Positions 29,108 to 36,709 of a DNA stretch of 54,283 bases are shown here, piece after piece. The first letter of the stretch is position 1. Every line of letters starts with the position of its first letter. The notes beneath the pieces are model-generated. The model was not told the DNA's origin. It did not search any database and saw nothing but the letters and a program-made list of their open reading frames with translations. The translations under genes and the position numbers were made by a program. This stretch comes from Desulfuromonadales bacterium (lineage in GTDB: Bacteria; Desulfobacterota; Desulfuromonadia; Desulfuromonadales; Geoalkalibacteraceae), in assembly GCA_024636255.1 (NCBI GenBank), contig JAGXHK010000161.1, positions 1 to 54,283 of the forward strand, written 5' to 3'.

Positions 29108-31267
29108 TCAGCTCTCTTCGAGCCACACCAGATAAACCTGACCGTCGGAAACGAATTCGTTCCCAGCCACATCTTCTCCGGAAAAAGAATCTGCTGCGCG
29201 ATGGGGGGTCCATTTCTCGACAGCGCCTGCATCGCGCAGAGTATCGAGCAGAAGATCGCGCTGCCGGTCGATTTGCGGTTGCAGCAAGGGCAGTGGGAGA
29301 GGAACTCCGAGCAGCTTCCGGTTACCGGGATGATAGGAGACGCTCAGGCCCCAGGCGGTTCGACCATCCGTGAGGCGCAGCGGAAATTTCCAGAGCAAAA
29401 GGACCTTGCGTCCTTGTCCCTCGTGGGGCGCATTGACCAGGGTCATGTCCTGAGTTTTCCCCTGAACCAGATGAGGTAGAGCGGCCGAGCGCAGATGCGT
29501 GGAGCCCTGCAGGGCAGCGAAGGTGCGATTCAAGAAACTGGTCAATCCGGTCGGGGCCGCAGGTTCCCATCCATCGGACAACAGGGTATCGATAAGCGTT
29601 GTCTGATCGGCAAACAGCACCATGCTCAAAGGGCGCTCAGGGTTTCCGCCAAGATCTTCCGTAAAGAGTGGAAGCCGCGTCGCAAGCTCCTCGGGTGTCG
29701 TCGTTTCTGGCAGAACCCGGATCGTTTCCTCCCGGTTCCGGGCGGAGGCGACTTCGGAGGCCCTTTCCTGGATGTAGAGACCTGCGCCAGCCAGAGCTGA
29801 GAGGGTTACAGGCGTCAAAATCACCAGGCGCCATGTTCTGTTCAGAGAGACCGGTCGCCAGCCGCGCAGCCAGGGGAACTCCCCGGTGCCGCGCCGGCGC
29901 ATTTCGCTTGCGGTGATCAGGACGGTGAGCCAGACAGCGGCAAGCGCGAAGCCGCCGAGCACGTCACTGGCCCAGTGCAGACCCAGGTAAATGCGGCTGA
30001 ATCCGATAACCATCGCCAGAAAGCTGGCAATAAAGGCCAAAGCGAATCGCATGCGCCACGGGCGAACCGCTCCCAGGAGAAAATAGACAAGCAGGCCGTA
30101 AAAAAGCAGGGAATTAAATGCATGAACACTGGGAAAGCTGACGGAGAGAGGAGCAAGCTCCGGAAAAAACGGTGCAGGCCGCGGCCTCTCGAAAACATAT
30201 TTGAGGAAAAAAACCAGACCCTGTCCGAAGATGACTCCCGCAAGGAGAATCACGGATGAAAAATCACGGTTGTACAGCATCAGCCAGAAAAGCACGAGGC
30301 CGGTCAGGATCAAAAGAACCGGAAGACTTCCCAGGTAAGTTGAAATAAGAAAAAATGTGTCGCTTACCGGATGGTGAAATTCCTGCATCAGTTCATAGAC
30401 GCGCAGATCGATGCGAATCAAGGGGGTGCGTAAAAAAACTTCCTGTACGATGCGGAAAAAAAGAGCGGAGAATAATCCGGTGAACAGGAAGCCAAGAGTC
30501 AGATAAAGTCCAAAGCCGCGATGCGGATTGAATCTCTCGGTGAAGAAGGTCCAGAATTTCGGATGCTGCGCGGCGAAATTCTGCACTCTCTGATCGGTGA
30601 GAAGGCGAGACCCGAACCCCTGGAACCGCTTGCCCATCGTGTCGCATCCACGGATGAAAAATGGAATGAAGCGCCGCCAGAAGAGAGTATTGAGTACGAT
30701 CAGGATAAGTAAAATGGCAACCAGAAAGCTGAATCGGCCCGTCCAGATCTTGACCATCTGCCAACTGGTGCCAAAAAAATAGCCGAGGCCGGGATAGGCC
30801 AGTCCCCAGAGAACTGCGCTGATCAGAGCGTAGAGAAGAAATCGCCAGGCCGCCATCCCGGCACTGCCCGCCACAAAGGGGATGAACGGGCGCAGAAGAC
30901 CGATAAAGCGCCCGAAAAAAACGCTCTTGCCGCCATGGGCATTAAAAAAATCCCTCGCCTTGATGAGCAGGCCTTGACGTTTTCTGAACAGAACTGTGGA
31001 TTGAAGGCGAGAGCTGAGATGGCCGCCGAGCCAGTAGCTGAGAAGATCGCCGGCGAGAGCACCGAAAGCGGCAACCGCCATCAGCAGGGCAGGGTCGCCT
31101 TTACCGTGAGCCGCCAGGAACCCGGCAAAGACGATAAGGACACTGCCAGGCACGAAAATGCCTACTACTGCCAGGGACTCAAGAAACGAAATCAGTCCGA
31201 TCAGGCCATAATAGAGGCTTCCTTCAGGCAGCCATGCAGCAAAGGTTTGCAGCCATTCTTCCATCAC
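29108..31267 (-). CDS. three-module membrane protein: DedA (SNARE-associated), PAP2 phosphatase and an LssY-C-like C-terminal domain
   Basis: 719 aa. DedA-type N-terminus (FLESLAVVGIFVPG). PAP2 motifs KYVFERPRP, PSVH and SRIYLGLHWASD. A soluble ~230-aa tail after the last TM helix. Confidence 0.75.
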   Translation of the reverse strand: MMEEWLQTFAAWLPEGSLYYGLIGLISFLESLAVVGIFVPGSVLIVFAGFLAAHGKGDPALLMAVAAFGALAGDLLSYWLGGHLSSRLQSTVLFRKRQGLLIKARDFFNAHGGKSVFFGRFIGLLRPFIPFVAGSAGMAAWRFLLYALISAVLWGLAYPGLGYFFGTSWQMVKIWTGRFSFLVAILLILIVLNTLFWRRFIPFFIRGCDTMGKRFQGFGSRLLTDQRVQNFAAQHPKFWTFFTERFNPHRGFGLYLTLGFLFTGLFSALFFRIVQEVFLRTPLIRIDLRVYELMQEFHHPVSDTFFLISTYLGSLPVLLILTGLVLFWLMLYNRDFSSVILLAGVIFGQGLVFFLKYVFERPRPAPFFPELAPLSVSFPSVHAFNSLLFYGLLVYFLLGAVRPWRMRFALAFIASFLAMVIGFSRIYLGLHWASDVLGGFALAAVWLTVLITASEMRRRGTGEFPWLRGWRPVSLNRTWRLVILTPVTLSALAGAGLYIQERASEVASARNREETIRVLPETTTPEELATRLPLFTEDLGGNPERPLSMVLFADQTTLIDTLLSDGWEPAAPTGLTSFLNRTFAALQGSTHLRSAALPHLVQGKTQDMTLVNAPHEGQGRKVLLLWKFPLRLTDGRTAWGLSVSYHPGNRKLLGVPLPLPLLQPQIDRQRDLLLDTLRDAGAVEKWTPHRAADSFSGEDVAGNEFVSDGQVYLVWLEES

Positions 31268-31327
31268 GGTCTCCGAGGATCTCGGAAAATTGTAGCAAAT
31301 CGAAAGGTCCCCGGGTAAACCGATTTA

Positions 31328-31879
31328 TTAGACGCCAAAGCGCTCGCGCCAGTTATCGAACACGGCTGCGTTGCCGGCTCCGTAGCGCAGCAGTTTGGCG
31401 CGAATTTCCTGTACAGGATTGCCTGTTTTTTGGCGCGGGTCCTTGCTGAAGAAGAGATCCGCATAGGTAACGACCTGCTCTTCAAGGCTCAGGGGGCGCA
31501 TGTCGCGTTCCGGCAGGGGCAGTTTCTGCTCCCGTATCTCGCGGATGCCGATGCCGACACCGATATGGCGTTCGCAGACCAGCGCATGGCGGGGCAGTCC
31601 CTCCGCCTCGAGAAGTTCCCTTCCCTTGAGCCCGTGGCATATGTAAGGCTGATTGCCATAGCAGCCTATGCCCGCAGCCCTGGTCTCGCCAATGCCGATG
31701 TCATGAAGCAGGGCGGCCTCCTGGACGAACGCGACATCGATAGCGATCCCGGTTTTCTGGAGACGCTCGGCAATGCGCATGGCCATCTGCGAAACCTTAA
31801 GGCTGTGGTCGAGCAAGATGGGATAGGCTGGTGAATCGGGCGGATAATATCGACGCAACAAGGCAAAGCAGTCAGTCAT
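31328..31879 (-). CDS. HD/HDIG-domain phosphohydrolase
   Basis: 183 aa with the HD doublet in AALLHDIGIG and further conserved His residues. Its start overlaps the upstream gene stop by 4 nt. Confidence 0.8.
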   Translation of the reverse strand: MTDCFALLRRYYPPDSPAYPILLDHSLKVSQMAMRIAERLQKTGIAIDVAFVQEAALLHDIGIGETRAAGIGCYGNQPYICHGLKGRELLEAEGLPRHALVCERHIGVGIGIREIREQKLPLPERDMRPLSLEEQVVTYADLFFSKDPRQKTGNPVQEIRAKLLRYGAGNAAVFDNWRERFGV

Positions 31880-32436
31880 GATTCTCCGGGCAGAACCGTG
31901 AAGGATTCCGCCATTTCCTCGAACAGGTCCAGGTAGCTGTCAAAGCGTTTCGGCAGGGCGGAAAATTCGAGAATAAAGCGACGACCCTCAGCCTGAACAG
32001 CAATGATCCAGTACGTCTTCAAGTCCGTTTTTCCGAACACCGAGCGCAGATCCTTGAAGGGCAGGTCAACCGACTTTTCAGCGGTAATCGTCAACTCATC
32101 CGGGATTTCCGGAAGGACTTTCAAGGACACATCGAGGTTTTCCGAGTGGGACGCGGGCGCGGCAAAAACGCGCATCGCAGCAATCGATATCTGCTTTTCG
32201 GTACGTGGCGATTGCCAGCCGACCCAGGTTTCCGGTGCACGATCACCTGTGATGCGTTGCCAGTTGCCCGGGTATTCGATGGCAAACCCGCGAGGCACAT
32301 CGACATACATCTTTTGCTGGATCGTCTCGCCGTCTTCGTCCGGGGAGGGCGAAGAGCAACCCATAGCGCAGAGAATTAAAATACAGGCGATCCCCCTGAA
32401 AAGAGATATCCGGAAGTTCTCTGCTGTGCAATTCAT
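31876..32436 (-). CDS. lipoprotein, function unknown (PsbP/DcrB-like fold suspected)
   Basis: ORF to 32532. ATG 32436 follows GGGAGAG and gives a signal peptide with lipobox LCAMGC. Confidence 0.65.
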   Translation of the reverse strand: MNCTAENFRISLFRGIACILILCAMGCSSPSPDEDGETIQQKMYVDVPRGFAIEYPGNWQRITGDRAPETWVGWQSPRTEKQISIAAMRVFAAPASHSENLDVSLKVLPEIPDELTITAEKSVDLPFKDLRSVFGKTDLKTYWIIAVQAEGRRFILEFSALPKRFDSYLDLFEEMAESFTVLPGES

Positions 32437-32541
32437 AAAGCTCTCCCGAGCGAAAAGAAAGAATATCGGATTTTCATATTGTAACAAACGTAGCGTAGAT
32501 CCACGAATATCCAAGCGGGATAAATTTTTCAATTTTCTGGA

Positions 32542-32569
32542 TTGACAAAAAAGAGGATCAGGATATATT
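32542..32569 (+). promoter_or_regulatory. orphan sigma70-type promoter
   Basis: TTGACA 32542-32547, a 16-bp spacer, then TATATT 32564-32569. It points away from both neighbouring minus-strand genes. Confidence 0.55.
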
Positions 32570-32575
32570 TATAAC

Positions 32576-32683
32576 CAAGAAGGTCAGCAAAGCAGAGAGT
32601 GACCGACAAGCCAAGCACATGCAGACCACCACCTCCTAGCTCCTCCTTTTGACCCGGTGACCTCCAATCACCGGGTTTTTTTT
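32576..32683 (+). ncRNA. candidate ~108-nt sRNA with anti-Shine-Dalgarno motifs
   Basis: Predicted TSS about 7 nt after the -10. 5' hairpin GGTCA/TGACC 32582-32604. C/U-rich stretch CACCTCCTAGCTCCTCCTTTT 32630-32650. Terminator stem CCCGGTGA/TCACCGGG 32653-32675 with a CCTCCAA loop, then T8 at 32676-32683. Confidence 0.45.
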
Positions 32684-32739
32684 GTCTTGGGGCCAAGAAT
32701 GCCCCATCCTCCTTAAAGAGAGCACGTTCTGTTTAAGAA

Positions 32740-33927
32740 TCACGTCGCCGGAAAGCTTTTCTCCAAGCGCCAGAAAATAAAAACCAAGGGCGCCAGCACA
32801 AGAACCAAGGTCGCGCCGAGGATCTGGAAAGTGGCGAAAAGGCCGGCATTATCCGCCAAGGCACCGATCAGGGGGCCAGTGCAGACGAAAACCAGCCGAA
32901 AGACGAACGATTTCAACGACAGGATGCTGGCCCGGTTGCCCGAGCGACTGTGTTTCTGGATATGGCTTTTCAGCAGCGGCCCCTGGAGCCCGCGCATGGC
33001 GGTGAGCAGGTAGTAGAAAAGAAAGCTCCAGAGCCCCCCGGCCAGCCCGAGCCCAAGATATCCGGCAAGGACCAGCACCAAAAACAAAATCACCATGCCT
33101 CGATCCCCGAAGACGAAATGAACGCGGTGGCTGAGCATCGAAAAAAGCGCGACAGCCGCATTGGCACCGGCCCAGATCGGTCCGAACCAGGTCAGGGGCA
33201 CATTGTTCTGCTGCATGTAGGGCTGAATCAGCCATACCGGATAAAAGGAAGACAGGCCCAGTACCGTTGCGAGAAAAATGACCAGACACAGCCGGCGATT
33301 CTCGATAAACACATAGCGAATTGTGCCCCAGGCCTCGAAAAGGTGCGAGGTGGCCTGAATATGGCTGACCCGCGGGACCTCTTTAAGTGAGCGGGAGACA
33401 AAAAGTGCCAGGGCCCAGACTCCGATCTGCAGCAGGAACGGCAGCAGCGGATACCAGGCATAGAACAGGCCGGCGAAAAGGGCTCCGATCGCTTCGCCGG
33501 TCTGCGCCCAGCCGACCATGCGTCCGTCGTAGCGTGCATAGCTCTCCTCGCGTCCCTGCTGGTGCAGCGTCTCGTAAAGAAGGGCGCTGTCCGAACCGCT
33601 GACGAAGGCAAAGGATATCCCCAGAAGAATCTCGGCAAGCAGCACCTCGCCGAATGAGTCCGCCACCGTGTACCAGCCCCAGCCCAACAGGCCGAGAACA
33701 GAAGCCAGATTCAGCGAGAACCGGTAGCCGAGCCGGTCGCTGAGATACCCCGACGGATATTCCATGGCCAGGGTCGCCAGCGAGAATATTCCCTGCAGCA
33801 GCAGGATTTCGGCCAGCGAGAGCCCGATATGGTCCTTCCAGTAAAGCGTGATGATCGCCATGGGAAACAGCGTCATCTTCAGGAAGGAGAAGGCGTAGAG
33901 CCAGCGGATGTTGCTTGCGTAATTCAA
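32740..33927 (-). CDS. MFS transporter
   Basis: 395 aa with about 12 TM helices. TTG start assumed and no clear SD, so the start is uncertain. Confidence 0.8.
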   Translation of the reverse strand: MNYASNIRWLYAFSFLKMTLFPMAIITLYWKDHIGLSLAEILLLQGIFSLATLAMEYPSGYLSDRLGYRFSLNLASVLGLLGWGWYTVADSFGEVLLAEILLGISFAFVSGSDSALLYETLHQQGREESYARYDGRMVGWAQTGEAIGALFAGLFYAWYPLLPFLLQIGVWALALFVSRSLKEVPRVSHIQATSHLFEAWGTIRYVFIENRRLCLVIFLATVLGLSSFYPVWLIQPYMQQNNVPLTWFGPIWAGANAAVALFSMLSHRVHFVFGDRGMVILFLVLVLAGYLGLGLAGGLWSFLFYYLLTAMRGLQGPLLKSHIQKHSRSGNRASILSLKSFVFRLVFVCTGPLIGALADNAGLFATFQILGATLVLVLAPLVFIFWRLEKSFPAT

Positions 33928-33954
33928 AGAAGTTTCGGTAAATCAGAGGAGCGT

Positions 33955-34167
33955 CTATTTCTCTTCCCAATAGATGCAGCTGACCGGGCAGTTGTCCATG
34001 GCCTCTTCGATCTTCTCCTCCGAAGCGCCTTCGGGGTTGTAAACCTGCGATTTGTGGTCGTGTCCGGCACCGGGGGCATCCACCATGCGGAAGACCTCGG
34101 GGCAGATCTGGGCACACATTTCGCAGCCTATGCAGGTGGGCTGATCAACGACAGGAATGCGGGGCAT
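33955..34167 (-). CDS. small ferredoxin (single Fe-S cluster type)
   Basis: 70 aa. CIGCEMCAQICP plus a distal CP (DNCPVSC). Confidence 0.85.
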   Translation of the reverse strand: MPRIPVVDQPTCIGCEMCAQICPEVFRMVDAPGAGHDHKSQVYNPEGASEEKIEEAMDNCPVSCIYWEEK

Positions 34168-34264
34168 GAGCTTTGTCCTTTCCGGGAAAATTTTAGAAGG
34201 AATAAGAATTTAACAGCAATCCTTTCGAATTGCCAGCACACCGGGGCTCGGCTGGTGAAGCAGG

Positions 34265-34294
34265 TTGCCTTGGCCCCCTCTTGCGCGCTATGAT
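34265..34294 (+). promoter_or_regulatory. possible sigma70 promoter of minor-pilin module 1
   Basis: TTGCCT 34265-34270, an 18-bp spacer, then TATGAT 34289-34294. Confidence 0.3.
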
Positions 34295-34342
34295 GCCGAT
34301 TTTGCAGACTTCGTTTGTGCATTCTTCATCGGTAAAAAAGCC

Positions 34343-34756
34343 ATGACTCGAAATACATCGACAATGCTGGACCGTCGCGGTTTTACCCTGCTCGAATTGC
34401 TGATTGCCGTGACGATTTTCGCCATTGGCCTGCTGAGCGTCGCGGGCATGCAGATCACGGCGATCCGGGCCAACTCAACGGCGGATACCCTGACGGTTGC
34501 AACAGCGGTTGCCCAGGGTGTATTCGAAGACCTGATGTCGCGCGATCCGCATGACAGCCTCTTTGATTCCACTGTGACCAGCAAGTCGTATCCACTCGAC
34601 AGCGACGCGATGAGTCAGGTGACAGGCGGCTCCAACTACCGGGCGACTTTCGATGTGAATGTGGATAAACCGGCCGACGGGCTGGTCCGTATTGAGGTGA
34701 GCGTCGTCGGCAACAACCGTGAAGTCTCGCTTTGCGGCTTTAAAAGGGTTTTGTAA
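34343..34756 (+). CDS. pilV: type IV minor pilin, PilV-like (module 1)
   Basis: ORF 34265-34756. ATG 34343 gives a prepilin leader ending RRG|FTLLELLIAVTIFAIGLL, with Glu at +5. Confidence 0.8.
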   Translation: MTRNTSTMLDRRGFTLLELLIAVTIFAIGLLSVAGMQITAIRANSTADTLTVATAVAQGVFEDLMSRDPHDSLFDSTVTSKSYPLDSDAMSQVTGGSNYRATFDVNVDKPADGLVRIEVSVVGNNREVSLCGFKRVL

Positions 34757-35763
34757 TGCCGGGATGCAAGATGCTTCGCGCCCGATGCGGCTTCACCCTG
34801 GTTGAGCTGCTGATTGTGGTCGCCTTGCTCGGCGTCGTCATGACGGCCGTCCTGAGTCTGGTCCGCACGACCCAGCGGCATGTCTACACCTCGGACGAGG
34901 TGGTCGAGGTCCAGCAGAATCTGCGGGTGGCTCTTGACTTTATGAGCCGGGATCTGCGCCTCGCGGGATTCGGCATTGCGGATGATGCGGCCATGATCAG
35001 TGCGCCGGCGCAACTGGCCTGCGCCGATAATAATTCAGACGGAGACTGTCTGGATGCCGGCGAAGCACAGTTTTTCAGCTTCCGAACTCTATGCGCCACG
35101 GGACAGATCGCGCGCATGGGCGGGTCTTCAGAGATTATCACGGTTTTCGACCCGGCCAGCGACCAGTCCATACCCCTGGCCTCCAGTGACATGGCACGGC
35201 TCTTCGCAGTGGGTCATTCCCTGCGTATTTTCCGGCCAGCGAGCCGGGTCCAGCCACTGGAGAGAGTTTTTCGTGTCACCGGCGCCGACGATGCCTCTCC
35301 GTCGGTGACGCTCAGAGGGTTCAACGCGCCAACGGTGCTGCGTCCCGGAGACCTGCTGCTGCGGGTCCTCGATGCGAATCTCGACGGCGACAACGACCCC
35401 AACACAAATCCGCCGGCGCACCCCAATACCGTTTCGTATCGCCTGGTCAAGAGCGACAGCGAGGACGCGGCGCAGTTCTACCTGGCGAGAATCCCCACCG
35501 GAGTCGATCCGAACGACGAAGATGCTTTCGAGATCCTCGCGACAAAGATTGTCGGCGTGCAGTTCGGGTATCTTCTCCAGGACGGCAGCGAAACATCGAC
35601 GCCAGGAGCCAGCGATCTCGATGAGATCAGGGCGGTGCGCATCACTCTGGTCGGGGCCAGCGATGCAACCCGGACCGGGAGCGCCAACTATCTCGGCCCC
35701 GGGCAGGCCGACAATGTGAAGACCCGCAGCATGACCACGATCGTCCACCTGCGCAACCGGTGA
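34756..35763 (+). CDS. pilW: type IV minor pilin, PilW-like (module 1)
   Basis: TAATG overlap with pilV. Prepilin signal ..RCG|FTLVELLIVVALLGVVM. About 330 aa, the size class of PilW. Confidence 0.75.
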   Translation: MPGCKMLRARCGFTLVELLIVVALLGVVMTAVLSLVRTTQRHVYTSDEVVEVQQNLRVALDFMSRDLRLAGFGIADDAAMISAPAQLACADNNSDGDCLDAGEAQFFSFRTLCATGQIARMGGSSEIITVFDPASDQSIPLASSDMARLFAVGHSLRIFRPASRVQPLERVFRVTGADDASPSVTLRGFNAPTVLRPGDLLLRVLDANLDGDNDPNTNPPAHPNTVSYRLVKSDSEDAAQFYLARIPTGVDPNDEDAFEILATKIVGVQFGYLLQDGSETSTPGASDLDEIRAVRITLVGASDATRTGSANYLGPGQADNVKTRSMTTIVHLRNR

Positions 35764-35786
35764 CGAGAGGCAGATCTGGAGCAGCC

Positions 35787-36275
35787 ATGTCTCGAAAATC
35801 ATCCTGCTTGAATAACGACCGGGGAACGGCTCTGGTCCTGGTTTTAACCATGCTCGCTGTGTTGATGGTTCTGTGTGTTCTCGCGCTCGAAAATTCAACC
35901 CTCGAGGTGAAGATTTCGGGCAATTACCGCGCCTCCCAGGAATCGCTGTACGCCGCGGAACGCGCAGGGCAGTATGCCCTGGACAACCTTGCCGACGGCT
36001 TGGATCTCAACGCCGATAAAGCCCCCGGCGGCGAACGTTACTACAAAGACGATATCCGGATCGGGAAAGGCGCCCTCGATCTCACCGAAGCGAATGGCGT
36101 CACCCGAATCGGCAGCGGCCCTCCACCGGCGGGCTCGGGGATGGATGCCACAACCGCAAGCGGTTTCCAGGCCATCTATTATGCGGTCGAGGTCCACGGG
36201 CAGTATCCGGAAGGGGCGCCGAATCCGTCGCGCAGCGGAGTTGAAATGCAGGTCGGTCGGATTGTTGCCAAGTAA
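35787..36275 (+). CDS. pilX: PilX-like minor pilin/assembly protein (module 1)
   Basis: ORF 35760-36275. ATG 35787 follows GGAG. PilX_N-type hydrophobic N-terminus (GTALVLVLTMLAVLMVL) without a cleavable G|F site. Confidence 0.7.
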   Translation: MSRKSSCLNNDRGTALVLVLTMLAVLMVLCVLALENSTLEVKISGNYRASQESLYAAERAGQYALDNLADGLDLNADKAPGGERYYKDDIRIGKGALDLTEANGVTRIGSGPPPAGSGMDATTASGFQAIYYAVEVHGQYPEGAPNPSRSGVEMQVGRIVAK

Positions 36276-36349
36276 GCTTTGATTCAGGCGCAGATGGCGC
36301 ATGTTTGCAAATTAATGGGCCGGTCTTCCGGTCTCGAGAAGGAAAAGCA

Positions 36350-36706
36350 ATGATCCGGATAATACAGGTAATTTTTATGGTGATCGGTGTTTTGCTGGTG
36401 AGTCTGCCCGCCGTCAACGCTGCTTCCGAAGTGCGCCAAGGCAGCGGCGGATACCAGAGCGAAGCTGTTTACGCCGGGCAGTATCGCACCGATAATCTTT
36501 ACATGCGTCGCTCTTCACTGCAGGCCTTTACCGGCTATCAGAGCCCGACCCGGCTTGCCGCCGTCAGCTGCCGCGAGGCGCGCGCTGCCCTTGAATCCCA
36601 GGGCCGGTGGGAGGGCAACCTGAAAGAAAGCGGGGCCTGCGCTGGCCCGGGGGATCCGGCAGAATGGGGCACCGGCAATTACCTTAATTTTCTGACGGGC
36701 AAATAA
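36350..36706 (+). CDS. small secreted protein of unknown function inside minor-pilin module 1
   Basis: ORF 36305-36706. ATG 36350 follows GAAGGAAAAG. Signal peptide ..LPAVNA|AS, two Cys, and ends ..GTGNYLNFLTGK. Its stop lies 3 nt before the pilY1 ATG. Confidence 0.6.
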   Translation: MIRIIQVIFMVIGVLLVSLPAVNAASEVRQGSGGYQSEAVYAGQYRTDNLYMRRSSLQAFTGYQSPTRLAAVSCREARAALESQGRWEGNLKESGACAGPGDPAEWGTGNYLNFLTGK

Positions 36707-36709
36707 GCA

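Noticed and set aside
32619-32639. Mini-ORF ATG CAG ACC ACC ACC TCC TAG (MQTTTS) followed by a terminator, resembling a threonine attenuator leader peptide
   Set aside because: No SD precedes the ATG, and there is no plus-strand gene downstream of the terminator to be attenuated. The sRNA interpretation fits better.
34271-34284. TGGCCC-N5-TTGC sigma54-like sequence upstream of pilV module 1
   Set aside because: Again one nucleotide short of the canonical spacing. A sigma70-type TTGCCT-N18-TATGAT reading of the same region is at least as good.
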